A DNA stretch of 40,512 nucleotides, taken from positions 1 to 40,512 of IMG/VR virus record IMGVR_UViG_3300010157_000005; one strand, written 5' to 3'. Below, in pieces: positions 18,047 through 27,952 of the stretch. The notes beneath the pieces were generated by a model. That model saw nothing but the letters and a program-made list of their open reading frames with translations. It had not been told where the DNA came from and searched no databases. The first letter of the stretch is position 1. Each line of letters starts with the position of its first letter. This DNA comes from a virus (Duplodnaviria; Caudoviricetes). A program made the translations under genes and the position numbers.

Positions 18047-18239
18047 TTGAGTTACCTTCCTTGTTTGGTTCTTCAACAACTGTGTGCTGAAAACTATTTG
18101 GGCAGTACCAAGCGGTGTAGGTACTGACTGTGTTGCGTGTGTAAGCCCAACCGCCACCCTTGCGAGCGACTGTGCCTGTAACCTCACGGTTGTTGTGCTT
18201 GATTGCTGACATTTCTACTTTGCAGATTTGGCAAACCAT
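18039..18239 (-). CDS. Hypothetical Zn-ribbon-like protein
   Basis: CQIC...CPNSFQH; coupled to both neighbours. Confidence 0.65.
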   Translation of the reverse strand: MVCQICKVEMSAIKHNNREVTGTVARKGGGWAYTRNTVSTYTAWYCPNSFQHTVVEEPNKEGNSNE

Positions 18240-18241
18240 AA

Positions 18242-18481
18242 TTATGCACCTACCTTGAACTCAAGTGATGTGTGATACCAAGCGGCAATTTCAAGAAGCA
18301 ACTCTTCCAATGCTTTGCCGTTGTCGTTGAAGGTGTACCAGCGAACAATAATGTTTGCTACGGTGTCGGTGTATTTGCCGCCCTTGAATTCGTTTGACCA
18401 ATTGGCTAGGTGACGAAGATAAGCAGGAACTGCAAGAATAAAATCGGTGTTGATTTCTTTTGCGGTGGTTGGTACTGACAT
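18242..18481 (-). CDS. Hypothetical early protein
   Basis: First gene behind cassette C; AGGAGA RBS. Confidence 0.75.
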   Translation of the reverse strand: MSVPTTAKEINTDFILAVPAYLRHLANWSNEFKGGKYTDTVANIIVRWYTFNDNGKALEELLLEIAAWYHTSLEFKVGA

Positions 18482-18486
18482 TTTAT

Positions 18487-18580
18487 TTCTCCTATGTTTT
18501 GTGGGTTCTTACCCCGTTGGTAAAACTATAACCTAATTTGGTTGTAAATGTAAACTATTTTAGAAACTTTTTTTTCTTGT
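18487..18580 (-). promoter_or_regulatory. Early promoter + leader hairpin + RBS, copy C
   Basis: A-tract, TTTACA-N18-TATAGT, 8 nt, CGGG-GTAAGAA-CCCA (18502-16). Confidence 0.85.
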
Positions 18581-18638
18581 TTAGTAGCAACGGTTGTAGA
18601 CACTTGCCAACTTAATCAGTAACAACTATGCTGAGATT

Positions 18639-18720
18639 ATCCAAGCAATTGGATGCCATAACTGAATAGAAAATCCTCCAGAGTTCTTTGTCCTTTCTTC
18701 CTCTGGAGGATTTTCGTTTT
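18639..18720 (+). ncRNA. Putative ~80-nt small RNA
   Basis: TTGCCA-N17-TATGCT promoter (18604-32), 5' hairpin AUCCAA-GCAA-UUGGAU, terminator; no ORF with an RBS. Confidence 0.55.
18665..18720. terminator. Bidirectional terminator
   Basis: Perfect 15-bp inverted repeat GAAAATCCTCCAGAG/CTCTGGAGGATTTTC (18669-83/18701-15) at the end of the late operon. Confidence 0.8.
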
Positions 18721-19927
18721 ACACAATTTGTAATTCGCACCAACCAGAATCATCTAACAAAAAAGTCACTTGACCTGTGCTTGAGTTAGAAGCAATTTCC
18801 TCAAACCACAACGACCCACCGTCTTGACTTGGTACTTGTATGTGCCACTTTTGTTTAGCAATTTCTACACACTTAAAATGATGGTAATGTCCTGTCAATA
18901 AAATGTCTGCGGAAGCAACTGGGCGATTACCAAGTGTTTGTTTACTCCACCAAGTACCAGCATCACCACCTCTAATTTGGTGACCATGTGCTAAGCCAAT
19001 TACACGCTTACCAACTTGAACACTTGCACTTAATTCAGTTGTAGGCAACAACCACTTTATGTGTCCGTACAAATCAGGATTAACACTTAAAGTTTCCGCA
19101 ACACTTTCCCACACAGCAACATCGTCGTTGTCGTTCGTGCTTGTAAAAGACTTTCCGTTACGCCTATTCTCTCCGTGATTACCTGCGACAGCGGCAACTG
19201 TAACTCTACTAAAATGTGGTGCCAACATCATTAACGCATTGCGAGCCAACCTGCGAACAATTTTATTTTGGTCACGCCTATCTAACTGCACATTAAAAGT
19301 TTGTTGTTCGTAATGTCCTTGGCAACCCTCACCCAAATCACCAAGCGAGCAGACTAATAATCCGCCAATTGCGTATCCGCACTCTCTTAAATAGTTTGCA
19401 CGGTCTAACACAGACTGAAATGACTTCTCAATTCTCTTAACTGTGCCGTCAAGTCCGTCACCGTCAGACTTACCAATCTGCCAATCGCCAAGCGGAACAA
19501 CAAGTGTGTATGTGCCTTTGTGCTTTTTCACTACTCGTTTGTCTTTAAAGACTGGCTTTGTAAGTGCTTCTATCTCGGTAGAACTTAAACCACTTTTAGT
19601 TTTGATTGTTGCTCGGTAAGCCCACATTTGGCGGATACCGCCACCTTTAACTTGTGCTTCCCAAGTAGAAAACTTAATTGGTTCTACAACCTCATACTTG
19701 GCTGGGTCAAAACCCCACGAACGAAGTTCACTATCCCAGTCGCCAATAGGTTTATCAGTTGGGCGTGTAGTAATCTGCCCATTGTCGCCATTAAATACAA
19801 CACCAGCAGTCCATTGTGCACCCTCTGATGCTCTTGTCTTACTGTTTGGCACGGATGTGCTTACGCTTTGTTCTGCTTGCTCAATAGTCTTAAGTAAATC
19901 ATTAACTCGTTTTGAGAAGTCAGTCAC
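18719..19927 (-). CDS. Calcineurin-like metallophosphoesterase/nuclease (start probably GTG 19927)
   Basis: GDWQIG, LGDLGE, GNHG, AHGH, GHYHH. Confidence 0.88.
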   Translation of the reverse strand: MTDFSKRVNDLLKTIEQAEQSVSTSVPNSKTRASEGAQWTAGVVFNGDNGQITTRPTDKPIGDWDSELRSWGFDPAKYEVVEPIKFSTWEAQVKGGGIRQMWAYRATIKTKSGLSSTEIEALTKPVFKDKRVVKKHKGTYTLVVPLGDWQIGKSDGDGLDGTVKRIEKSFQSVLDRANYLRECGYAIGGLLVCSLGDLGEGCQGHYEQQTFNVQLDRRDQNKIVRRLARNALMMLAPHFSRVTVAAVAGNHGENRRNGKSFTSTNDNDDVAVWESVAETLSVNPDLYGHIKWLLPTTELSASVQVGKRVIGLAHGHQIRGGDAGTWWSKQTLGNRPVASADILLTGHYHHFKCVEIAKQKWHIQVPSQDGGSLWFEEIASNSSTGQVTFLLDDSGWCELQIV

Positions 19928-20108
19928 AACTACAAGTCCTAACCCGATGGCGGTAAATAACTTGGTAGCCGATTTTGTATCCTGCGGATTGTAATTCTCT
20001 AGACACTGCAATTGCGGCAATTGGGGAGTCCAATAAAGACAAAAGTGCCTTGCTGTCTAGGTCATCCATCTCATTTAGGATGCGTTTCACACCGCAACTC
20101 GGTGACAT
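19920..20108 (-). CDS. Small Cys/His protein
   Basis: C...RHRVRTCSC; overlaps the phosphoesterase start. Confidence 0.7.
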   Translation of the reverse strand: MSPSCGVKRILNEMDDLDSKALLSLLDSPIAAIAVSRELQSAGYKIGYQVIYRHRVRTCSCD

Positions 20109-20117
20109 TATTTAGAC

Positions 20118-20354
20118 CTATTTGTCTGACTTTAATACCGCTTTGGCACCAACCTGCACAGGCTTTGGTGCTAACCGCAAACCAAGTAAAGCATTAGTTG
20201 GGTCAATAGAAACGAGAATAGGAGCAATCAAACCCGATAATGCAGCAAAACCTAAGTCTTTTGCACTGTGATAGCCAGCGGCATAAGCGGCTAACAAGGC
20301 CGACAAAGCGGCATAAACATAATGTTGAAGAACTAACTTAAGTTTAGGGTTCAT
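20118..20354 (-). CDS. Holin-like membrane protein
   Basis: Two hydrophobic helices; follows the endolysin. Confidence 0.65.
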   Translation of the reverse strand: MNPKLKLVLQHYVYAALSALLAAYAAGYHSAKDLGFAALSGLIAPILVSIDPTNALLGLRLAPKPVQVGAKAVLKSDK

Positions 20355-20364
20355 CCGTTACACC

Positions 20365-20778
20365 TTACTGTGGCATTTCTTTAAGTTGTAGGTTTGTGTT
20401 GTTGTAGTTAGAAGCCCAACCTAAATACTTTTTACCCCAATGTTGTGAGAACCAAATCACAGGCACCTCGCCTATGTAATCGGTTGTTGGCGCATCAGTA
20501 GAAATGACCACACCTTTTTTGTCGGATTGCAAAACAACATGACCGTATTGACCACCTGCAAAGAAATGCGGTGCACCAATAGGTGCTTTGGCTGGGTCTG
20601 TGTGACGGTCTTTTTCTGGTACATGGTTCCAAGCATCTATCGCTGATGCGTACATTACTGGCAAGCCCCAAGCATCTTGGCAGGTCTTATGGCAGTGACC
20701 TTGAAATCCTTTAGCGTGATTTAGCATTAACTGCTTTAAGTGATTAAACGCTTGCAAACCTGTGAATCTACTTGTCAT
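20365..20778 (-). CDS. Endolysin, CHAP/NlpC-P60-like (start ATG 20778)
   Basis: GHCHKTC (Cys), SAIDAW, YGHVV (His), STD, YLGW. Confidence 0.75.
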   Translation of the reverse strand: MTSRFTGLQAFNHLKQLMLNHAKGFQGHCHKTCQDAWGLPVMYASAIDAWNHVPEKDRHTDPAKAPIGAPHFFAGGQYGHVVLQSDKKGVVISTDAPTTDYIGEVPVIWFSQHWGKKYLGWASNYNNTNLQLKEMPQ

Positions 20779-20851
20779 TTTTTTCCTCCAGCCAAGCCAG
20801 CACGACACCGACTACACATAATGATAGCGTGAAAACAACCAAAAACAACAT
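20768..20851 (-). CDS. 27-aa single-TM peptide (absent from ORF track)
   Basis: MLFLVVFTLSLCVVGVVLAWLEEKNDK fills the gap in the lysis cassette. Confidence 0.5.
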   Translation of the reverse strand: MLFLVVFTLSLCVVGVVLAWLEEKNDK

Positions 20852-20854
20852 CTG

Positions 20855-21166
20855 CTACTTATTACTTTCTGCTAAATGCTGGCTAAAACGCCCGTCTAAC
20901 TCGGCAACCTTGTCACCAATTTCTATTTGTCGCTCATCCATCTTGTACAAACGGTCAGACATTTCATTAACTGCTTGGCGAAGTCCACCACCGTTTGGTC
21001 CAAATTGTTGCACAATAAATTCTAATTTCTGGCTGATTAAACTTAAATCAGTTTCTAATCTGGTTTGTTTTTTGTCCATTGTGCGATACACCCCATACCC
21101 ACTAGCAATAAAAGCAACTACAACTGAAATAACTTGTGCTTCGTTTGCGTAAAGTCCCCAATTCAT
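20855..21166 (-). CDS. TM plus coiled-coil lysis-region protein
   Basis: N-terminal TM, PNGGGLRQAV motif. Confidence 0.7.
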   Translation of the reverse strand: MNWGLYANEAQVISVVVAFIASGYGVYRTMDKKQTRLETDLSLISQKLEFIVQQFGPNGGGLRQAVNEMSDRLYKMDERQIEIGDKVAELDGRFSQHLAESNK

Positions 21167-21206
21167 TACAAGACAACCACCAAGTTAAACATAATCTAAT
21201 TGTACC

Positions 21207-24050
21207 TTATGCCGTAGGTAAGTGTGGTGACACATTTACATGGACTACCCAGTCACCAGTTTGTCCGTCAAAATTATGTTCAATTTGTTCTACCCAACCA
21301 TTAAAAGTAATTGCGGATTGACCGTAGGGTGTACGAGTAATTTGCACATAATCGCCAACTTCCAAGCCCAAGATTGGTCCCCAGATAGCAGGATTACGCA
21401 TTGGTGTAAATGTAATTGTTTCCAAACGACCTTGCGGTTGTTGGTATTTCGCCAGCAATGTGGAAGCAAGTGTAGAAACTTCCGACGGATAAGCGTTTTC
21501 GGTAGTTAATTGCAATGTGCGTGGATAGTACCTATTTATGCTTGTGTTGTCTTCAGCGTAGTAATTTGCACCAGCACAAGACACGGTTACTTGGTTGTAC
21601 ACAAAGGTTAAGTCATAGTTAATTTGTAATGACCCACCTTCGTACTGCACATCAGTAGCATTGTCCGCAAACTTAACTGGCGTCAGATTAGGTGTTGTCC
21701 ACTTTCTATGAAGTTGGTCCTTAAATGTTACAAAGCCAGAACCATCCACATACCAATAACCTTGCTCGGTGTCGGATGTAACCTGTACGACATCTTGAAG
21801 CGTACGACCACTTAACACCATTGACCCAGAATGATTTACGCCTAAATCTGTGGCAATAGGCGTGTAGTCAAAACCTGAATAATTTTGCATTACATCTGCA
21901 AAACGAGAGCCTGTTGTTGCCCCAAAGTAACCAGACCAAGCAACTTGAAAAAGATTCTTACTAATTGCAGAGCCTTGGTTAAGTGTGTTGTAAGCACCAT
22001 AGCGTAACCCAGCAAAAGAGCCATTAAAGCCACTAGCAATCGAGCCTAAAGTGATGCTAGTAACATTACTTGCAGACATCACTAAAGTGGTAAATGTGTA
22101 ATTAAATACTGATGTGCCTGTTGCAGCATCATAATCCGCAATACCAAAATACAATCTTGTGCCGTTGTAGTAGCACCTAAACAATCGCCAAGTTCCTGCT
22201 TGAACAATGTTGTTAGTGCCTGTCTGTGTTGCGGTACCAGCACCACTTCTTGTTGCGGAAAGATAGCCACTAGCGTTTAAACTAATTTGAGTACTTGTAC
22301 CGTCAGCGTGGTTGATAGACAAGAACTTGCCTGATGTTGTCCACTTCATAAGCACATCAAGCATAAAGTTAGAACCTACGGCACTTTGGACTCCAGACGG
22401 AATAGCGACAGCAATCTCAGCAGTATCAGACGAAGTTCCAGAAAAGTTAATGTTTGTTTGACCATTAAATCCAACCAAACTATTTTGTTCCGCTAAAGTA
22501 ATTTTCCCAGCATTGAATGTGTAACCAACACCAATAGTATTTGCGTAAGCATTACCTGACTGTGAATAAACTCGTGTTGCGGTTGCGGTACCAGCACCAT
22601 AGGTAGTACCCGAGCCAAGTCCAAACACTTTAAATGTAACACCATCAGTAAAAGTAACTGCGAGATTTTCGCAATTGTTTGCACCCATCCCAGTTACGGT
22701 TACAAGGTCGCCAACAACAAAAGAGTTAATACTTTGGTAAGTAATAGTTGTGCCACCTACGGATGAATAAGTGGCTTTGTAAACATCAGCAACCACATTG
22801 TTTGCTTCGCTAAATGGAAAGAACAAATAACTATTAGGGTCCTGCAAAACTAAAGCAGAGTAAGGATTAGTTAAAGTGTTTTGCGACATCAAAGCCACAG
22901 CATCAGTGCCAGCCATGTTCACTTCACCACGATTAGGTGCTTGGAAAGACTGCGGAAAACGCTCAACAAAGCCGTTAAATAAGTTGTAGATAGTTGAACC
23001 TATTGTTGTGTTTGTAGTCGCAGTAGAACCAAATTCAACTTGCACATCATCTACATAAGTAAAGTTGCCGCCAGTATTTTTAACAACGACAGTTATTTTC
23101 GGAGAAGTAGTGGTTACCGTAACGCTGTACCTAGTCCATGTTGTATTAGTTGTGTATGAAGTTAAAGTTGGCGATGCTGTTGCATCAATGTATCCACCTG
23201 CATAGATACCAACTGCCCCGCCAGTAGTTCCGCTACCTGTCCGCACCCACGCAGATAAGGTTACAGTTTGACCAGCAACACAAGGCACATCTAAAAATGC
23301 GGTAGAACTGCTATTTATACGCATTGAATAAGTACCTGTATGAGCGTAGGTATTTGATGCAGTGACATTAGTACCTGCTGGAATTGTGTACCAGTTACTA
23401 ATACGACCTAAGTCAAAATTAGAATCATTTGCACAGACACTAACTGCGTAGTCAGCCCAAGTTGCTGGCAAATCCAATGATGCGGAACCACTAGCACCAG
23501 TAACAGAACCAGTCGTTGTGTCATTAACACTAAATGTTGTAGAGGTTGCACCAGTAATAATCTTGCTAGTTAAGTTTAATGAACTCAAACCAGTTACAGA
23601 AACTTGCTGACCTAGTTGAAAAGTGTTATTAGCGGTGTAAGTTACCACACCCCCAGAACTAGAAGCCGCCGTAACAACGGCAGTCACATCACCAATGTAT
23701 CCCTGATTAGTGTCATTTAAGATGTTGCCAGTCTTTGGGTAAGCACAAGTTACACGGACTGGGCAAAATGGATACAAATTATTAGAAGAATTAAGCGGAT
23801 TAAGTGCACCATCTGTGTTGTCCACACGAAGGTCTAATGTTCCTGCTTCTGTTCTACCTAAGTCATAGGTGCGACCACGCTTAGTACTAAATGCGTATGT
23901 GCGGTTACCAATACTCGTAGATAAAGAACTAGGGGCTGTGCTTGTGGGCGTATTAGCGGTTGTCTTTAGAACAGACCGTGCGTACCAATCTGTATTGGGT
24001 TGCACATAAGGTGACAAAGTAACACCAACTAATGGCATGTCCTTTGTCAT
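21207..24050 (-). CDS. Large minor tail/tail-tip protein with inserted carbohydrate-binding-like domains
   Basis: Follows TMP; KRGR...AGT...DNTDG N-terminus, CBM-like GQTVTLSAWVR...WTRYSVT...YVDDVQVE, LEVGD...VEQIEH C-terminus. Confidence 0.85.
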   Translation of the reverse strand: MTKDMPLVGVTLSPYVQPNTDWYARSVLKTTANTPTSTAPSSLSTSIGNRTYAFSTKRGRTYDLGRTEAGTLDLRVDNTDGALNPLNSSNNLYPFCPVRVTCAYPKTGNILNDTNQGYIGDVTAVVTAASSSGGVVTYTANNTFQLGQQVSVTGLSSLNLTSKIITGATSTTFSVNDTTTGSVTGASGSASLDLPATWADYAVSVCANDSNFDLGRISNWYTIPAGTNVTASNTYAHTGTYSMRINSSSTAFLDVPCVAGQTVTLSAWVRTGSGTTGGAVGIYAGGYIDATASPTLTSYTTNTTWTRYSVTVTTTSPKITVVVKNTGGNFTYVDDVQVEFGSTATTNTTIGSTIYNLFNGFVERFPQSFQAPNRGEVNMAGTDAVALMSQNTLTNPYSALVLQDPNSYLFFPFSEANNVVADVYKATYSSVGGTTITYQSINSFVVGDLVTVTGMGANNCENLAVTFTDGVTFKVFGLGSGTTYGAGTATATRVYSQSGNAYANTIGVGYTFNAGKITLAEQNSLVGFNGQTNINFSGTSSDTAEIAVAIPSGVQSAVGSNFMLDVLMKWTTSGKFLSINHADGTSTQISLNASGYLSATRSGAGTATQTGTNNIVQAGTWRLFRCYYNGTRLYFGIADYDAATGTSVFNYTFTTLVMSASNVTSITLGSIASGFNGSFAGLRYGAYNTLNQGSAISKNLFQVAWSGYFGATTGSRFADVMQNYSGFDYTPIATDLGVNHSGSMVLSGRTLQDVVQVTSDTEQGYWYVDGSGFVTFKDQLHRKWTTPNLTPVKFADNATDVQYEGGSLQINYDLTFVYNQVTVSCAGANYYAEDNTSINRYYPRTLQLTTENAYPSEVSTLASTLLAKYQQPQGRLETITFTPMRNPAIWGPILGLEVGDYVQITRTPYGQSAITFNGWVEQIEHNFDGQTGDWVVHVNVSPHLPTA

Positions 24051-26113
24051 AATGTGGCACCTGTGAAAGTTAATCCGTTAGAAATGTTACGGCGACTATT
24101 CTGCGTAGATTGTTTCTGCACAGCACGGAAAACCTCACGCCCATCTATGCTTACAGGCACAACAACGCTTCCAGTATTCTGTGCTTGTAGCCCAGCCGTA
24201 TGTGCTTGCAACCAAGAACTCGCAGTTTGTTGTAGTCGCATTAACCGACTTTGTGCATCCGCTTGGTCTTGCAAAGCCTTAGCCGCTTCCTTGTTAATCT
24301 TATTTAACTCGGTTTGCATCTTGGCTTGCTCTTTAGTTGCGTTCGCTAACGCCTTAACAGCAGCCGCATGGTCTTTTGTGCCACGAGTTTTCTTCTCTTG
24401 TTCTTCCGCATAGGCAATAACCTTAGCGTTTTGCTTCATAAAGTTTTTAACAATTTTTAGTCTGTCATCAAAAGATGCTTGCTCGTTTTTCGCCATTGAT
24501 TGCTTGAACTTGCTATCTTCCAAAGCAATTGCGGCATTTATTTCTTTGGCAATAGCCAACGCCTGACTAATTGCTTTACCAGTCTTCTTCTTTTTATGAG
24601 CACCATTACCGCCAGTACCACCTGTGCTGTCACCTAATGCTGGTGCATCATCAACACCGAAGCCACCAAACTTAGATTTCAGATAGCCCATCACATCAAA
24701 GTTAGCCGCCTGAACAACTCCCTTGCCGATGGCTTCGCCGAATCGCTTACCCACAGCAGGTGCCGCATCAGCCCACTCATTAAGTTTTCCAACGGTACTA
24801 TTCTTGAAGTCATCAACAGCCGCCGCCGCATTATTTAAGTCATCCGAGATGTTAATGCCAAGAACTTTTAGCGGTGCCGCCATCATAGCCATAGCCTTTA
24901 GGAACTCACGAGCAGCCGCACCAAACACATTAACAAAAATCCCAATACCTTTAAGGATGTACTTAATAACTGTGCCGTACGCTTCACCAACAAAACCAAT
25001 TGCTTTAATTAGAAACTCGGCAAAAGTTTTACTGTGTCGGATAGCAAAGAAAAAGATTTCAATAAGTGCAGCAATAGCGGCAATCACAAGCCAAATAGGT
25101 GCTTCGGCTAAAGCAATTTCGCCAGACAAAATACCCATTACCGTGCTAAATGCGGTTGTTGCGATAGTTGCAATCTTGGTTACCATTTGCCAAGCCTTTG
25201 TTGCCAAAGCCATAAGTTTTGTTCTGAACTCATACAACTTCATCATGGCTTCGGAAATTTTCATTGCAAGGAACATTGCACCAAGAGCGGTAACAACAGC
25301 CAAAATGGTAATTACAAGCACACGATTGTTAGCAAGAAACGCAGTAACTGCACGAGCAATAGCGGTCAAAGCAGGAACAACCGCCCTGCCAATAGTTACC
25401 TGTAAACCTTCAAGTGATGCGTGCATTTCTTTTGTTTGCAGTGAGAACTTACGAGAAGCATCCAAGTCTTTTTGACTCATTGTTAGCCCAAGTTTGTCTG
25501 ACTCTTCCGCAAACTTTTTCATCCCCTCGGAACCCTGATTAAGAAGTGGGATAAGGGATGTTCCGCTACGACCAAATAGTTTTACCGCTTCGGCAGTCTT
25601 CTGTACGCCGTTAGGCATAGTCTTAAAATGGTCTCCAACCTCACTTAAAATCTGTGTGGTTGATTTAATTTTTCCCGAACTGTCGCGGAAATCTACGCCC
25701 ATACCTTGTATGTTTTTACTATTGTTAATAATGTTTTTGCTGAGAACTTTCATACCAACTGAGATTTGGTCTGTTGATACACCAAGTTCTTCGCCAGTAA
25801 ATCTTAAGCGTGACATTTCTTCTGCGGTGCCACCAAGCACACGCTTCATTTTTAAGGTTTCGCCACCGACCTCGCCAAACTTGCCAACAGTATCTTTAGC
25901 AAAATGTATGGCTTTCATACCAACCATTGTTAATGCCTGCGCCATCAACATACCGCCAGCCATTGTCTTGGCACCCATCTCCTTGGATGCGACAGCAGTA
26001 GCACCCATCTTCTCTTCAAGAAGAGTTAGACGCTCTTGGACGATGGTCATTGAAGCATTAATGCTACTAATGTCTGCTTTGAATTCCAGAAAAATTGGTG
26101 GTAGTTCAGACAC
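24047..26113 (-). CDS. Tape measure protein
   Basis: AVKLFGRSG...LIPLLNQG, Ala-rich hydrophobic helices, VSIDGREV end. Confidence 0.92.
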   Translation of the reverse strand: MSELPPIFLEFKADISSINASMTIVQERLTLLEEKMGATAVASKEMGAKTMAGGMLMAQALTMVGMKAIHFAKDTVGKFGEVGGETLKMKRVLGGTAEEMSRLRFTGEELGVSTDQISVGMKVLSKNIINNSKNIQGMGVDFRDSSGKIKSTTQILSEVGDHFKTMPNGVQKTAEAVKLFGRSGTSLIPLLNQGSEGMKKFAEESDKLGLTMSQKDLDASRKFSLQTKEMHASLEGLQVTIGRAVVPALTAIARAVTAFLANNRVLVITILAVVTALGAMFLAMKISEAMMKLYEFRTKLMALATKAWQMVTKIATIATTAFSTVMGILSGEIALAEAPIWLVIAAIAALIEIFFFAIRHSKTFAEFLIKAIGFVGEAYGTVIKYILKGIGIFVNVFGAAAREFLKAMAMMAAPLKVLGINISDDLNNAAAAVDDFKNSTVGKLNEWADAAPAVGKRFGEAIGKGVVQAANFDVMGYLKSKFGGFGVDDAPALGDSTGGTGGNGAHKKKKTGKAISQALAIAKEINAAIALEDSKFKQSMAKNEQASFDDRLKIVKNFMKQNAKVIAYAEEQEKKTRGTKDHAAAVKALANATKEQAKMQTELNKINKEAAKALQDQADAQSRLMRLQQTASSWLQAHTAGLQAQNTGSVVVPVSIDGREVFRAVQKQSTQNSRRNISNGLTFTGATL

Positions 26114-26149
26114 AGTTACTCCGCACTAGGCTTTAAACATCTATTGTAC

Positions 26150-26371
26150 TTACTGATAGGCTTCATTTTCTACTTCAGCCCATAAACCACTAAGCGTGAG
26201 CATCCAATCCAGCCATACAGCAGGTTGCTCATCTATCTGTTGTTTAGTCCAACCAAACTGCTTGGCGAGCATAAAGTCCCTAACGACAGCAGGTAACGGA
26301 AATCTATCATCCGTTTGACCGCCCTTTAAGACCCACCTTATTCGCTGGATTGTTCGGTAATTGCTTTTGGG
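26150..26371 (-). CDS. Tail assembly chaperone -1 frameshift extension (gpGT-like)
   Basis: Slippery C-CCA-AAA at 26365-71; -1 frame open 73 codons (...LAKQFGWTKQQIDEQPAVWLDW...). Confidence 0.8.
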   Translation of the reverse strand, partial: PKSNYRTIQRIRWVLKGGQTDDRFPLPAVVRDFMLAKQFGWTKQQIDEQPAVWLDWMLTLSGLWAEVENEAYQ

Positions 26372-26697
26372 TCCACATCTACTCCAAAGTCAGGAATTAA
26401 CTTTGTTAGATACGGTGATGTTGCTTTACGGATGTCGTCATAAGACTTTGACGGCAAATCCAAAAGTCCGTCAATTGTAACCGTGTCACCAAAAGACCAA
26501 GACCCAATAAGTGCAATTGCAACAAGGTCGTTGAACTCACTAAAGAATTGGACACTCTGCTCGGTTAGCCCATTGTCGGCTTCTTGAGCCAACGACTGAC
26601 CTTTAATTGAACTTTCAAATACTGGGCGGCGTAGTCTTTCGGGAACCAAATCAGGGTCACGAAGTTCTATCCAACCATTGTAAACATCTATACGCAT
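26338..26697 (-). CDS. Tail assembly chaperone (gpG-like)
   Basis: Between tail tube and TMP; ends ...VDPK at the slippery site. Confidence 0.85.
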   Translation of the reverse strand: MRIDVYNGWIELRDPDLVPERLRRPVFESSIKGQSLAQEADNGLTEQSVQFFSEFNDLVAIALIGSWSFGDTVTIDGLLDLPSKSYDDIRKATSPYLTKLIPDFGVDVDPKAITEQSSE

Positions 26698-26713
26698 TTG
26701 CCCTCCAATAAGT

Positions 26714-27700
26714 TTAAGCGTAAACAGTCGTACTCTTTGCGTTCTTCAATGTTACCTTAATAGGCGAGTAACCCAAAGTAGCACCTTGGTCTGTCAAATT
26801 AGCAATCGCTTCGTAAGTTACATCCAACTCAACAAAGTCTTTGCTACGGTCTATCTTAGCAACCTTAAATGCACACTTGCTTATGTGGAACTGAACGACT
26901 GTTTGGCTAGTACTGGTACCCTGTGTAAATGCAATGTCTAGGCTTGGTTGGGTGTTGTTTAAGTAGTAGCCAAGTTCTGTGTCATCTTCAAATACCAGTT
27001 TCATTGCACCATCAACCATAACCGCACCTTGGAAAAGTTGATACGGTGCTTGGTTTCCATCAACAGTAAAGATAGGAGTGATTGTTCGCTTGATTGCAAT
27101 GTTGCCTTCTGCAAGTCTTGCATTAACATTTCCAGCAATTGTAGTAACACCAGTCCAAACTGGCACATTGGTTACTGCACCATAGGACCTACTCGACGGC
27201 TCACTAACAACCGAAGACTGGAAACCCATTGCTTTAGCGGTGTATTCCAACAAACCGTCAGCACTAAACTTGAAATCAAGTGACTCAAACTGACAACCAG
27301 CAAACTGACGAGCATTGTTTGAGTTGTAGTCGGTAATTGTGTATGAAGAACCCTGACCGTTACCACTATTCTTTGTACTCATTGTGTGGGTGTACGGTGA
27401 TGCTGAACCAGTAATTGCGTAATCAGCAAGCAAACCAGCAATCGGGTAACCAATAGTGTCGGGGAAAACATCACCATTAAACTCAAACTCGGCGTGGATG
27501 TTGCCTTGAACCATGCCATAAGTTTCAGCCATAGACCCACGCCAGTTTTTGTCTTCCAAATACTTAATGTTGTCCAGCGAATTTAGACCTAAGACTGGAA
27601 TCCAATCCGATGGTGTTGTCTGTGGTGTCGGTGCAACACCAGCAGCGTGTGCAGTTTCTTTGGCGATAGCAAGATACGAACGATAGCGTGGTAATGCCAT
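26714..27700 (-). CDS. Major tail tube protein
   Basis: RSYLAIAKET...SYTITDY...GCQFESL; position. Confidence 0.88.
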   Translation of the reverse strand: MALPRYRSYLAIAKETAHAAGVAPTPQTTPSDWIPVLGLNSLDNIKYLEDKNWRGSMAETYGMVQGNIHAEFEFNGDVFPDTIGYPIAGLLADYAITGSASPYTHTMSTKNSGNGQGSSYTITDYNSNNARQFAGCQFESLDFKFSADGLLEYTAKAMGFQSSVVSEPSSRSYGAVTNVPVWTGVTTIAGNVNARLAEGNIAIKRTITPIFTVDGNQAPYQLFQGAVMVDGAMKLVFEDDTELGYYLNNTQPSLDIAFTQGTSTSQTVVQFHISKCAFKVAKIDRSKDFVELDVTYEAIANLTDQGATLGYSPIKVTLKNAKSTTVYA

Positions 27701-27703
27701 TGG

Positions 27704-27952
27704 TTAGTTCACTCCCTCATTAGGATTAGATGGTTCATTGGTGTCACTAGGACTGTCGCTAGACGATTTTGTGGTGTCTGGGGTAGTATCACTAACCGCT
27801 TTGGCAGACTTCTTTGGAGCGTCTGCTACTGGGATTATGCCAACAACATCAGTATCGTCAGGCAAATCAAGAACATCACCGTCGTTTGCGATAATGCCAA
27901 GAGTCGGAAACTCATACCTGCCGCCGCCACGCTGGACTTGGAACTTAGCCAT
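27704..27952 (-). CDS. Hypothetical protein
   Basis: Coupled ORF before tail tube. Confidence 0.7.
   Translation of the reverse strand: MAKFQVQRGGGRYEFPTLGIIANDGDVLDLPDDTDVVGIIPVADAPKKSAKAVSDTTPDTTKSSSDSPSDTNEPSNPNEGVN

Noticed and set aside
8845-18720. tRNA genes in the intergenic gaps
   Set aside because: No cloverleaf or T-loop pattern recognisable by eye; a tRNA scan would be needed to exclude them formally
26150-26697. Tail chaperone -1 frameshift as a novelty
   Set aside because: Standard gpG/gpGT arrangement
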